Origin: an uncultured Muribaculaceae bacterium
Lineage (GTDB): Bacteria; Bacillota_I; Bacilli_A; RF39; UBA660
DNA: 64,000 bases
Direction: 5' to 3'
Assembly: GCA_964369845.1 (NCBI GenBank)
Contig: CAYJFJ010000002.1
Location: 8,242 to 72,241 of the forward strand
This document shows, piece by piece, positions 1 through 9,793 of this stretch. Within the stretch, counting starts at the first letter, position 1, and the number at the start of each line of letters is the position of its first letter. The position numbers and the translations under genes were made by a program. Under the pieces are notes generated by a model. It was not told the DNA's origin and made no database searches. It saw nothing but the letters and a program-made list of their open reading frames with translations.

Positions 1-1396
1 GCAAAATCATCGGAACTTCTAAAGAGTCACTATAGAAGAAAAGTGCAAATGAAAGTATAACAAATATAAATGAGTTATAAATATTTTTACTTCTTTTTTC
101 ATATAACTCTTCTTTTTTTACTTGTTCATAAACTTCTGTTTTCCAAGATTCATAGTACGCCATAAAGGTTTTACATGTAATTGGATTTTTAATATAAATA
201 TCTATTTGCTTAGTTGTTACTACATTATTTTTACCAATTTCATCAAATAATAAATTAACTAGTATTTCCTCACTTCTACTTAAATTTTCATTATTAATTA
301 GCGAGAACTGACAATCATGGTTTTTATCACTTAACATTTTAGCTTCTATTTTCTTTTTATATATTAAGTTTATAATTGATGCACTTAAACCTTTTTCAGT
401 TGATTTTCCATTTATTAAATAATCAACTACTTCAATATCATAGTTACCTGTAAAATCCCTATAATATTTAATTTTTTTAAACACAGTTATCTCTTTATCA
501 TATTTTAAATATGTATTTATAAGCGATAAAACTAAGCCTACTAAAAATAAAATATTAATAAAAATTATCATTTGATACGTTCTTTCATTTTCTTCTCTAA
601 ATAATTTTAATTCCTCATTTAATTTACTTTCTTCAAACTGTATTTGTTGAAACATATTATCACTTGTTTTTAACAAATATGTTTTATCTTCAATTAAACT
701 GTAATCAAATGTTGTTCTTAAAGTTAAAGGAATAAACATATCGCTGTTATTTATTTTTACTTCAAATGATGAATTATCTTGATTACTTGCTACTACACTT
801 TCGTACTTAGATCCTCCCGTTGCATTATAATAAAACTTTCCAGAGTTATCTTCATTTGGTAATATAACTTTTATTAATCCTTCTTTAATATCGTGATAAA
901 ATTGATGCGTTATAACTGATACTCTAAACTCTGCTATATCTTTGTGAATCAAAACTACATCCTGGAGTTTATACTCTATTAAGTAAGCAATTTTACCGGT
1001 TGTATTATAAGTTACATCTAGTCTAAGTGAAGATGAATAATTTATTATGTTAAATGTTTTATCGTAACCTTTATTATCTTTTTGATAACTTAAAGGCGTA
1101 AAATCACTTCTCTGCATTGTGTCATATGTAACTTCATCCGCGTTCAAAACTGATATACCCTTTATTTCTAATCTGCTTACTGTCTGATAATAATCTTCAT
1201 AATCCGAAAGATTTTCAGCATAAAAATCGCGATCAAAACCATCAGTTTCATAATCTAAAAAAAATAATTCTTTAACATCTGCTGAACCATCTGCATTTAT
1301 TTTAATTTCTGAATAAAAATTTTCTATCTCATATTCTTTTGCTTCAACACTTAGTGGAAATAACATCATCATTAAAACAATTATCAACTTACTCAT
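1..1396 (-). CDS. DUF2207-like membrane protein; the C-terminus runs off the left window edge (absent from the supplied ORF track)
   Basis: Minus-strand ATG at 1396-1394 (MSKLIIVLMMMLFPLSVEAKEYEIENFYSEIKINADGSADV...). I checked every in-frame triplet down to position 2 and found no stop; an in-frame TAG lies upstream at 1405-1403. Architecture: signal peptide, ~240-aa outside domain, TM helix (MIIFINILFLVGLVLSLI), then KYYRDF..VVDYLINGK..ASIINLIYKKKIE, which is typical of DUF2207. Confidence 0.7.
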   Translation of the reverse strand, partial: MSKLIIVLMMMLFPLSVEAKEYEIENFYSEIKINADGSADVKELFFLDYETDGFDRDFYAENLSDYEDYYQTVSRLEIKGISVLNADEVTYDTMQRSDFTPLSYQKDNKGYDKTFNIINYSSSLRLDVTYNTTGKIAYLIEYKLQDVVLIHKDIAEFRVSVITHQFYHDIKEGLIKVILPNEDNSGKFYYNATGGSKYESVVASNQDNSSFEVKINNSDMFIPLTLRTTFDYSLIEDKTYLLKTSDNMFQQIQFEESKLNEELKLFREENERTYQMIIFINILFLVGLVLSLINTYLKYDKEITVFKKIKYYRDFTGNYDIEVVDYLINGKSTEKGLSASIINLIYKKKIEAKMLSDKNHDCQFSLINNENLSRSEEILVNLLFDEIGKNNVVTTKQIDIYIKNPITCKTFMAYYESWKTEVYEQVKKEELYEKRSKNIYNSFIFVILSFALFFYSDSLEVPMIL

Positions 1397-1468
1397 ATCA
1401 ACCTACTCTTTTAGTTATTATATCATAAATTTTTGCAAAAAAAAAAAGATTTATAGCTATTATTACCA

Positions 1469-2947
1469 TTATGGACAATAACTTATCTTCTCTTCTTCTG
1501 TTAATGCGTTATATACGTCTTTATCAACTAAACACATATCACCCATATGATTTTTGTATAAACTTTTTGACTCTTCATTCACTACAATTAAGTTATTTTC
1601 TAGAGAATCAACTTGAAAAAACATATAGCTTGTATTAACATCACTCTTTAAATTAAATGCACTCAAATCCAAACTTTTTAATGCTGTATTGTACAGAAAC
1701 ATTCCATTCATATCTGTGACATTTGAAGTATCAAATGAACTTAAATCAATGTATTCTAACGATTCACACCCAGAAAACATTCCAGCCATATTTGTGACAT
1801 TTGAAGTATTAAAAGAACTTAAATCAATATTCTTCACCCAATAAAACGAATCAAACATATATGACATATTAGTCATATTTGAAGTATCATATGAGTTATT
1901 AAAACTTATAGTTTCTGTATGAGGAAATTCAAAAGTTGTTAATGGTAAACTTTCAGTTGGCGTTACCCATTCATCTTCATGAGCTATTATTTTACCATTA
2001 GATTCGATATATAACGAGTAAATTCCTTTTTCTTGCATTTCTTCTCTATCTTCTACTGCATAAGCTACTACTGAGTTATCCTGATTTTCGGATATATCCC
2101 ACTTTAGCGTAGCCGCGTTATATCTACTTTCGTTTATTGAATCATTAAACTCAATATTATATACTAAATAACGCATCGATGTTAGATCCCTAAGTTCTTC
2201 TTCTATTTCATCGATACTAGAACCTTCAGGCATATTATTTATAATCCTATGAAACTCTGTTGCATTTACCATTTTTGATCCATTCAACATTTTTTCTTGA
2301 GTCAAAATAAAGTCTGCTTCTAGATTTTTACCTTCATTTAATACTTGATCAGTGTCTAAGTTTATAAATGTTATTTTTGCATTCCAATTTTGTGTTGTAC
2401 CTGTCGTGCTCGAAGTTGTTGTAATAACTTGACCTTCTTTAACTTTAATCAAACCATTATATTCTGTTATATCAAATCCACTAATAGTTTCTCCAGTTGA
2501 TGCATCAATTACATTTTTATAAGTTAATCCTTCAATGTTAGTCAATACATTACCTTCTGGATCTGTTATTGTCAACAATAACTCTGCAATATCACTATTT
2601 TGCGAGTATACAAAGTCATTTGCTGTTATATCAAAATATACATTATAACTTTGCGATGCACTTCCACTTGAACTGTTTGCAACTAATGTTGCTGATGATG
2701 TAGTTGCAGTTGACAAACTTCCATCTCCTTCACCAAAGTTATCTTGACTTGCATTTAATGTCATTTCTAATCCTGGTGTGAAAATTAATTTTTCACCGAC
2801 TTCTGTTCCAACGTTTGCATTAGTGTTTGCTGGTGATGAGGACTGTGCTACAAAGTATGCAAATGACAAAGCTATAGTCGTTATACTTACTAATAAAATT
2901 ATTAATAATGTTATATTTTTTTTATTTTTTTTAAAATTCAGGTTCAT
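1469..2947 (-). CDS. Secreted modular protein: SipW-type signal peptide + TasA/camelysin-like N-domain + C-terminal DUF285/BspA-type leucine-rich repeats
   Basis: N-terminus KKNKKN-ITLLIILLVSITTIALSFAYFVAQ carries the AYF motif of SipW-cognate signal peptides. The N-domain ends in NEGKNLEADFILTQ, like the last strand of TasA-family proteins. The C-terminus has 4 repeats of F(N/D)TSN(V/M)TNMxxMF. Confidence 0.6.
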   Translation of the reverse strand: MNLNFKKNKKNITLLIILLVSITTIALSFAYFVAQSSSPANTNANVGTEVGEKLIFTPGLEMTLNASQDNFGEGDGSLSTATTSSATLVANSSSGSASQSYNVYFDITANDFVYSQNSDIAELLLTITDPEGNVLTNIEGLTYKNVIDASTGETISGFDITEYNGLIKVKEGQVITTTSSTTGTTQNWNAKITFINLDTDQVLNEGKNLEADFILTQEKMLNGSKMVNATEFHRIINNMPEGSSIDEIEEELRDLTSMRYLVYNIEFNDSINESRYNAATLKWDISENQDNSVVAYAVEDREEMQEKGIYSLYIESNGKIIAHEDEWVTPTESLPLTTFEFPHTETISFNNSYDTSNMTNMSYMFDSFYWVKNIDLSSFNTSNVTNMAGMFSGCESLEYIDLSSFDTSNVTDMNGMFLYNTALKSLDLSAFNLKSDVNTSYMFFQVDSLENNLIVVNEESKSLYKNHMGDMCLVDKDVYNALTEEEKISYCP

Positions 2948-2999
2948 TTTTATCTCCTATCATATAGTGATTATAACAAAATATAGTTAGTTAGTAAAG

Positions 3000-3026
3000 A
3001 AAAAATGTTTAACTATTGCTAAACAT
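3000..3026 (-). terminator. Rho-independent terminator after valS
   Basis: Minus-sense hairpin ATGTTTA-(8 nt)-TAAACAT (3026-3005) is followed by UUUUUUCUUU, immediately after the valS stop at 3029-3027. Confidence 0.6.
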
Positions 3027-5549
3027 TTATTTTGATAATTTATCCAATTCTATTTCTTCTTTTTCTAAAGCTTCTTTTTCTTTTTCAACTAGTGATGCTG
3101 GAGCTTTTGATATGTATCCTTCATTAGAAAGTAGTTTTTTTCTTCTTTCAATTGATGACTTCAGTACATCTATTTGTTTTGCTTTTAACGCTTTATCTTC
3201 ATCGGTTTCTTCTTTTTCAAAGTAAATTGTTACTGAGTAATTTTTAGTAAATACTTCAAATGATTTAATATTTAAATCTTCAGTTATAACAGAATCATTT
3301 AATTTTAAAATATTTTTAATCAAAGTATAATCTAAATCATTATTAATTTTAACTTTTAAGTCTTTTGTCATTTTATTTTCTAGTTTTATATTTCTAAAAG
3401 ATTTTATAAATTCAATTTGTTCACTTATTTCTTTTTCAAAACTATCAAATATTAAATTATCACTTACTACTGGATATTCACTTATCATAATAGATTCATG
3501 AGTTTTAACTGGTAACATCGAATATATTTCCTCAGTTATAAATGGAGCAAGTGGATGTAATAATTTAAGTATTTTATCTAGTACATAAATAAGTGTTGAT
3601 TTTGTACTTTCTTTTTCTAAGTCAAATTTACTCATTTCTATATAATTATCACAAAATGATTCCCAAACAAAATTATAAAGTGTTGTTCCTACTATATTAA
3701 AGTCGTATGTTTCCATGTTTTTAGTAACTTCTAAAATTACTTTCTGTAACTTAGATAAAATCCATTTATCTTTTGCATCAATGTTTTCCAAACTTATTTC
3801 TTTTAAATCTTCAGTGTTCATTAAAACATATCTTGATGCATTCCAAAGTTTATTAAAAAAGTTCCAGCTTGAAGACACTTTTTCTTCATCGTATCTTAAG
3901 TCCATACCAGAAGCTGATGATGTTGCTAAGAAATATCTAAGTGCATCAGTACCATAACTTTCGATAGCGTCCATCGGATCTACTCCATTACCTAAGCTTT
4001 TAGACATTTTTCTTCCATCTTTTGCTCTAATAAGACCATGAATTAAACAATCTTTAAACGGTCTTTCATTAGTAAAGTGTAATCCTTGAAATGTCATTCT
4101 ATTTACCCAAAATGGTATAATATCATATCCTGTTACTAAAACATTATTTGGATAATATCTTTTTAAATCTTCTGTTTCATTTGGCCAACCTAATGTTGAA
4201 AAAGGCCATAGTGCACTAGAAAACCACGTATCTAAAACATCATTATCTTGAGTCCATCCTTCTCCCGGGCAGTCACTTCCTACGTAAACTTCTTCACCTT
4301 TATACCAAGCAGGTATTCTGTGTCCCCACCATAATTGTCTTGATATGCACCAGTCATATGTAATTTCCATCCAGTGATTCATAATTTTTTCGAATCTTTC
4401 AGGTACAAAATTTACTTTTGTATCTTTATTTTTTTGATTTTCTAAAACTCTGTCGGCAAGCGGTCTCATTTTAACAAACCACTGTTTTGATAAGTAAGGT
4501 TCTACTACTGCATCAGTTCTTTCAGAGTGTCCTACACTATGTGTCATTTCTTCTATTTTTATTAGTAGATTTTCTTCTTTTAATTTTTCAATTAATTTTT
4601 TTCTAGCAACAAATCTATCAAGACCAGCAAACTCAAGAGCAAATTCATTCATTGTTCCATCTGCATTAATACATACTACTCTTTCTAAATTGTGTCTTGA
4701 TGCCACTTCAAAATCATTAGGATCATGTGCTGGAGTTATTTTTACTGCTCCTGTACCAAACTCAGGATCTGCATAACTATCTCCTACTACAATAATTTCT
4801 TTATTTACTAGAGGAAGAATTACTGTTTTACCTATCAAATCTTTATAACGTTCATCGTTTGGATTTACTGCTACTGCTGTATCCCCAAATAAAGTTTCAG
4901 GTCTTGTTGTTGCAATTTCTAAATGTTTATCAGTACCTGGAATCATATATTTAATATGATAAAATGCACCATTTACATCTTTATGAATTACCTCTTCATT
5001 TGAAAGAGCCGTCATTGCTTCAGGGTCCCAGTTAATTATTCTTTCTCCCCTGTAAATTAGACCTTCATTATACATGTCTATGAATACTTTTTGAACTGCT
5101 TTAGAAAGATTTTCATCTAATGTAAATCTTTCTTTTGAATAACATAAAGATAAACCCATTTTTGACCACTGAGTTCTTATATTCTTAGAATATTCATTTT
5201 TCCATTCCCAAGCATATTCTAGCCATTTTTCCCTCGTTAAACTTCTTGGATTAATTCCTTCTGCTTTTAATTTACCATCAACTTTAGCTTGTGTTGCAAT
5301 TCCAGCATGATCCATTCCTGGAAGCCACATTGCATCAAATCCTTGCATTCTTTTAAAACGAATTAAGATATCTTGAAGTGTTGTATCCCATGCATGACCT
5401 AGATGTAGTTTACCTGTTACATTTGGTGGTGGTATTACTACTGCGTAAGGCTCCTTATCTTTTTTATCTGCTTCAAAATAATTATTTTCAAGCCAAGTTT
5501 CATATTTTCCTTCTTCAACCAATTTATGGTTATATTTTGCTTCTAACAT
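3027..5549 (-). CDS. valS: Valyl-tRNA synthetase
   Basis: 840 aa. Class I motifs [14 protein letters not shown] and KMSKSLGN are present, with ValRS-typical editing and anticodon-binding regions and a C-terminal coiled coil. Confidence 0.95.
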   Translation of the reverse strand: MLEAKYNHKLVEEGKYETWLENNYFEADKKDKEPYAVVIPPPNVTGKLHLGHAWDTTLQDILIRFKRMQGFDAMWLPGMDHAGIATQAKVDGKLKAEGINPRSLTREKWLEYAWEWKNEYSKNIRTQWSKMGLSLCYSKERFTLDENLSKAVQKVFIDMYNEGLIYRGERIINWDPEAMTALSNEEVIHKDVNGAFYHIKYMIPGTDKHLEIATTRPETLFGDTAVAVNPNDERYKDLIGKTVILPLVNKEIIVVGDSYADPEFGTGAVKITPAHDPNDFEVASRHNLERVVCINADGTMNEFALEFAGLDRFVARKKLIEKLKEENLLIKIEEMTHSVGHSERTDAVVEPYLSKQWFVKMRPLADRVLENQKNKDTKVNFVPERFEKIMNHWMEITYDWCISRQLWWGHRIPAWYKGEEVYVGSDCPGEGWTQDNDVLDTWFSSALWPFSTLGWPNETEDLKRYYPNNVLVTGYDIIPFWVNRMTFQGLHFTNERPFKDCLIHGLIRAKDGRKMSKSLGNGVDPMDAIESYGTDALRYFLATSSASGMDLRYDEEKVSSSWNFFNKLWNASRYVLMNTEDLKEISLENIDAKDKWILSKLQKVILEVTKNMETYDFNIVGTTLYNFVWESFCDNYIEMSKFDLEKESTKSTLIYVLDKILKLLHPLAPFITEEIYSMLPVKTHESIMISEYPVVSDNLIFDSFEKEISEQIEFIKSFRNIKLENKMTKDLKVKINNDLDYTLIKNILKLNDSVITEDLNIKSFEVFTKNYSVTIYFEKEETDEDKALKAKQIDVLKSSIERRKKLLSNEGYISKAPASLVEKEKEALEKEEIELDKLSK

Positions 5550-6252
5550 TTTGTTTCCTTTCTATATTTTCTTTTAATTCTTTGACAACATTATCAAATT
5601 TGCAATTTAATTTATCTAATACTGAATATATTATATCTTTAATTTCTACTTCAAATTCATTAAAATTCACATCATATATAAATGCAAACATTCTGCAGTA
5701 TGAATCATTAATGTTTTTTACATTTTCACTTGATACTGTTTTTCCATTTTGAATTTCTCTTTCTACGTTTGGAGAAATTTTGTCAGTAGTGATATTTTTA
5801 AAACAATCACTACTGTAAGTTCTTATGATATCAAGTTTATCAGCATCTCTTATAAATTTAGCAAAAAATAAATGCCTTTCATTAAGTGATGGTTCTATAT
5901 TCTTTTTATTATGATTTTTAATTGCAAACTTTATTAGTTCATAATCATTTTCATTCTTCCAAAAATTTTTTATATACATTTTTTCTCCGAATAATACTTC
6001 TACCGAGTAATCTGCATGGTCTATCGATAAGTGATCTTCGTAAGTATTGTAAACTTCTAATTGTTTAAACCTTCCAAAGTCATGTAATAAACCAATTAAT
6101 TCACATAACTCTATATCTTCATCGCTTAAATTCATTAACTTAGCATATTTTCGGCATATTTCAAATACTCTTAATGAATGATTATATTTATCAAAAATAT
6201 CTTTGTTATCCAAATCATAATTATTAACATATTTTTTAAATTCTTCTATCAT
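5530..6252 (-). CDS. HD-domain phosphohydrolase
   Basis: Contains H..LLHDFGRF and a later DADKLD motif (HD superfamily). Its stop overlaps the valS start by 20 nt, so the two are co-transcribed. Confidence 0.7.
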   Translation of the reverse strand: MIEEFKKYVNNYDLDNKDIFDKYNHSLRVFEICRKYAKLMNLSDEDIELCELIGLLHDFGRFKQLEVYNTYEDHLSIDHADYSVEVLFGEKMYIKNFWKNENDYELIKFAIKNHNKKNIEPSLNERHLFFAKFIRDADKLDIIRTYSSDCFKNITTDKISPNVEREIQNGKTVSSENVKNINDSYCRMFAFIYDVNFNEFEVEIKDIIYSVLDKLNCKFDNVVKELKENIERKQNVRSKI

Positions 6253-6271
6253 AACGCTTCCTTTCTTTCAT

Positions 6272-6462
6272 AAAAAAAGATGATACCTAAAGGGCGAATA
6301 AATCCGCGGTACCACCTTACTTGTTTCTTAAATGATTATAACGTATCTTAAACGATTTAAACTCTATTTGCAACACTTCAAATATTCATATTATTAGTTC
6401 TCATCAACCACTAACTTTCTTGAAATACAATATATTTTACTCCTCAAATTTCTTTGCCTAAC
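6272..6462 (-). promoter_or_regulatory. T-box riboswitch leader (probably Val-specific) with terminator/antiterminator
   Basis: Minus-sense RNA contains the invariant T-box core GGUGGUACCGCG (6316-6305). AAGGUGGUACC (6318-6308) can alternatively pair with GGUAUCAUCUU (6287-6277), which is followed by U7 (6278-6272). Candidate specifier GUU followed by A occurs in AAGAAAGUUAG (codon at 6415-6413). Confidence 0.8.
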
Positions 6463-6468
6463 AAATAT

Positions 6469-6497
6469 ATTTTATCAAATAACTATTTAAATTTCAA
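6469..6497 (-). promoter_or_regulatory. Sigma-A type promoter for the T-box/HD/valS operon
   Basis: Minus-sense TTGAAA (6497-6492), 17-nt spacer, TAAAAT (6474-6469). Confidence 0.6.
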
Positions 6498-6525
6498 GAC
6501 TTAAAACAACTTGACCAATAGCTTT

Positions 6526-8487
6526 TTATCTAATCATATTTAAACTATATGCTAATGATTTTTGATTATCAAAATCAAAGTTAGTTTTTTTGTTAAGATT
6601 ATTGATTTCTTGTAGGATATTTCTTACGAATTCTTCATCATATAATTCGCCAATTTGTTTATCATATATATATGCTTCCACATATTTCATGTAATCTTTG
6701 CTAATGAAAATATATTCAGATTGATTATTGTAATAACTTATAAAATCTTTTTGCAAATTATTTTTAGCAATTAAATTTGTAGTATATAAATCCAAACTTA
6801 ATTTAAACTTAGCGGCATCAAGGTTATTGTTACTACAATATAGAATTATAGTTTCATCTAAAGATTTTTCTTCACTAGCCAACAAATCTAGTAAAGTATT
6901 ATAATTTAAATTTAATGCATATTCTTTATTTGAGTTATAATCCATAAAGTCCTTAAATTCAATTTCATTACTTTTTATAAACTCTAATTTATCGGCAAAT
7001 GCGTTGTCATTTTTAATTAAATCGTATGAACTATAATTATTTTTTAAAGTTAACAGATTTAATGAAACATAATTTTCACCATTGTATGTAAAAGTCTCTG
7101 GTTCTAAATTTCCTTCATTTAAGTAAGTGTTATTTTTTAAATTTCTTAAAGTATCCTGTGAAGATGTAATTATAATATTATTATCTTCATAAAATTTAGG
7201 AATATTTCCATAATAAACTCTTACATCTTCTATAACTTCATTTTTAAAATTTACAAAGTATGTACTCTGTTCATTAGCGGTAATTCCTTCTATTCCATTT
7301 TCAATTGTGTACTCTCCAAAAAAATCGGTATTATCCTCATAATATCCAAAAGAAGAGTTAACATCATTTTGCTGTGATATTTGTTCTTGTAAAGTTTTTG
7401 ATGCTTCATCAAAAGGAATGTCTTCACTTGAAAATGTTGCATTATTTGAGCAAACAGTTAAATTTTTACCAACTTGAACAGTACTTGTAATGCTATCTGC
7501 ACTTTCAATAACTAAGTTGTAGTTATTTAATAAACTACCATTTAAGCCAACTTTATAATTAGTTGAATCAGCATAAAAACCTAAACTTTTTAAAGCAGAT
7601 TCAGGAATATATATGTCGTTATCAATTAAAATTGGATAAACTTTTTTTCCAGTCTCTGTTACTCCATAAACCTCTTTATCATTATCATAAAGTTTAATGT
7701 TTTCATTAATGCTAACATTTATATTTTTTGTATTATGAAGAATTTCATTATCTAATATATTCTGTTCATAATTTTCTATTTCCTCAAATTTGTCATATAT
7801 TTGTTCTGTACTTAAAAATTCATTTGAACTATCAAATTCAAAAAAGTTTAACGTACTATCTACGTCTTTACCATAAAGAGATTTTACAAAGCTTATTTTA
7901 GTTAAAAAAGCGTTTAAATCATTACTACTAACTGTTGAGTTAATAATACTTTCGATTACTTCATAACTATCCAGGTCACTTATTGATTTTTCAGAATCAT
8001 AACTATAAAAATCCTCAGTAACAAAAGTGTATTTATAAATTTTTTCTTCTAATTTAGCTACGGCATTTGCTATTTCAATATTGTAATCATAAAGATATTG
8101 TGATTTTATCAAAAATGGATAAGTTGAGTCTTTAATGAACTTAACTACTTCACTGTGTTCAAAAACTTTTTTTTCTAAATCGTTTAATTCTTTACTACTT
8201 TGTGTAAATATTCTTTCTAAGTCCTTTAAATTATTTAAATAATATAGTAGTATTTTTTGTTCATTTAAACTTAAAGTATTATAAGTTTCTGATGCTAATA
8301 CTGCTAATTTTAAACCATTTGTTGATTCTTTGTTTATATTTTCTGTGTTTTTATTTTGTTCTATTGTTTTTACGATTTGAGATGTTTCGGCATCATCACT
8401 ATTGATTTTCATACTATTCATTGTTGTTGATGCTATCACTCCAGACAGCAAATAAGACATTAATTTTTTATTCAATTTTTTATTCAT
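6526..8487 (-). CDS. Secreted Asn/Glu-rich protein of unknown function
   Basis: 653-aa ORF with an N-terminal signal-like segment (LMSYLLSGVIASTTM). Two segments (KVYPILIDNDIYIPESALKSLGF; YNGENYVSLNLLTL) faintly resemble copper-amine-oxidase N-terminal 'stalk' domains. RBS GGAGG lies upstream. Confidence 0.5.
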   Translation of the reverse strand: MNKKLNKKLMSYLLSGVIASTTMNSMKINSDDAETSQIVKTIEQNKNTENINKESTNGLKLAVLASETYNTLSLNEQKILLYYLNNLKDLERIFTQSSKELNDLEKKVFEHSEVVKFIKDSTYPFLIKSQYLYDYNIEIANAVAKLEEKIYKYTFVTEDFYSYDSEKSISDLDSYEVIESIINSTVSSNDLNAFLTKISFVKSLYGKDVDSTLNFFEFDSSNEFLSTEQIYDKFEEIENYEQNILDNEILHNTKNINVSINENIKLYDNDKEVYGVTETGKKVYPILIDNDIYIPESALKSLGFYADSTNYKVGLNGSLLNNYNLVIESADSITSTVQVGKNLTVCSNNATFSSEDIPFDEASKTLQEQISQQNDVNSSFGYYEDNTDFFGEYTIENGIEGITANEQSTYFVNFKNEVIEDVRVYYGNIPKFYEDNNIIITSSQDTLRNLKNNTYLNEGNLEPETFTYNGENYVSLNLLTLKNNYSSYDLIKNDNAFADKLEFIKSNEIEFKDFMDYNSNKEYALNLNYNTLLDLLASEEKSLDETIILYCSNNNLDAAKFKLSLDLYTTNLIAKNNLQKDFISYYNNQSEYIFISKDYMKYVEAYIYDKQIGELYDEEFVRNILQEINNLNKKTNFDFDNQKSLAYSLNMIR

Positions 8488-8508
8488 AAATCCTCCAATT
8501 AAGTAATT

Positions 8509-8536
8509 ATTTTAGCATGACTTTTGTAAATGTCAA
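8509..8536 (-). promoter_or_regulatory. Promoter of the 6526..8487 gene
   Basis: Minus-sense TTGACA (8536-8531), 16-nt spacer ending in TGC, TAAAAT (8514-8509); this is an extended -10. Confidence 0.6.
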
Positions 8537-8890
8537 GTTTTAAATTTGTTTCCTAATTTTTTTTAGTTTAGCCGCTTATGAAGTTACTTTTTTTGCTGAA
8601 TAAAAGATCGTAAATTTATTTTATCGTGTTACTTATTGCTCTTAACAAAAAACTTAAATAAAGAAAATTATAATATTAGAAAATTAATACCTAAAGGTAT
8701 GTCTAGAGTTCTTTCGCTCAATATGAAATTTAATCATTACAAGTTCATATTAACTATATTCCTAGATTTTTTTTAAGGGGATAAAACACTACATGAAAAG
8801 ATTAAAGAATTATTTCAAAAATTAATATAGTTATTAGATTGCAAATACATCGAACCGAATAAAGTTAATAGATCTCATTTATTTATTTAA

Positions 8891-8918
8891 AACAATAAAA
8901 AGAGGAATGAATTCCTCT
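8891..8918 (-). terminator. Rho-independent terminator after the 8973..9791 gene
   Basis: Minus-sense AGAGGAAT-TC-ATTCCTCT hairpin (8918-8901) followed by UUUUUAUUGUU. Confidence 0.7.
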
Positions 8919-8972
8919 CTTTCATTGGCAAATAGGCCAGCAATCAAGAACATTATAATGTAGGAACTTAGT

Positions 8973-9791
8973 TTAGAATTCTACACTTAAAACAACTTGA
9001 TCATCTATTATAACTTTTAATGTTTCTTCTATCTCAAAATTTATTTCAGTAAATGTTGATACTGGAACGTATGCTATAAAATTTTCTTCTAAATTATTAT
9101 AAATATATAAGTAATTATTATATACTACTCCATAATAATTTTCAGCGTTTACTATATAACTAATTGTAAAGTTTGGTAAAACTCTAGTTTTATCTAATTT
9201 ATATATTTCATAATATTCATTTTTATAAACAATATAATCATTAAAGTACTGACTATACATTCCATCTTCTTTAAATAAAGTACTTTCGTATAATTCATCA
9301 AACGCATATAAATTATTATCTTTTATTCCTAGTAAAGTATAATCTTCACTAAAAAACAATTCTGTATATAGGTAAGGAACTATCACTGATAAGTTTTTTA
9401 AACTAAGTGCTCCCCATAATGAGTTTTTCAAAACTAATACTATATTTTTCTCTTCGCTTATCTTTATGTCTTCAAATACACTTATATTATTTTCAAGTTT
9501 ATAATCATATAATATAATTTCATTTCCATCTTGAATAAATACATAACTACTAGTTTTAAGTACATTCTCTTCTTTAGCTGATGCATATGTACAATTTTCT
9601 GTTTTACAAGTATATGTTCCTTCTAAAGCATCACCCTTATAAAAATGAAGTTTGCCTTCATAGTAGAATTCCTTACTTTCGTTATATAAATCTTTATCAC
9701 TTAATTTTAAATAAGTTCCATATATTGACAAAGGAATAAAAAGAGTAAGAGAAATTAATATAATTATAAATATATGTTTATCTTTTTTCAT
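8973..9791 (-). CDS. Membrane-anchored extracytoplasmic protein, paralogous module family with the next gene (WG-repeat-like)
   Basis: N-terminal TM (IFIIILISLTLFIPLSIY). Cys-pair module GTYTCKTENCTYAS..SSYVFIQDGNEIILYDY, plus LWGALSLKN. Lies 2 nt downstream of 9794..11848. Confidence 0.5.
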   Translation of the reverse strand: MKKDKHIFIIILISLTLFIPLSIYGTYLKLSDKDLYNESKEFYYEGKLHFYKGDALEGTYTCKTENCTYASAKEENVLKTSSYVFIQDGNEIILYDYKLENNISVFEDIKISEEKNIVLVLKNSLWGALSLKNLSVIVPYLYTELFFSEDYTLLGIKDNNLYAFDELYESTLFKEDGMYSQYFNDYIVYKNEYYEIYKLDKTRVLPNFTISYIVNAENYYGVVYNNYLYIYNNLEENFIAYVPVSTFTEINFEIEETLKVIIDDQVVLSVEF

Positions 9792-9793
9792 AC

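Noticed and set aside
8488-8972. Largest non-coding gap (485 bp), examined for a small RNA, riboswitch, pseudogene or hidden ORF.
   Set aside because: Only a good promoter (8509-8536), a terminator (8891-8918) and a 10-codon ORF (8793-8825) were seen. I found no conserved riboswitch core and no frame with meaningful translation, but I cannot exclude an sRNA without covariance or expression data.
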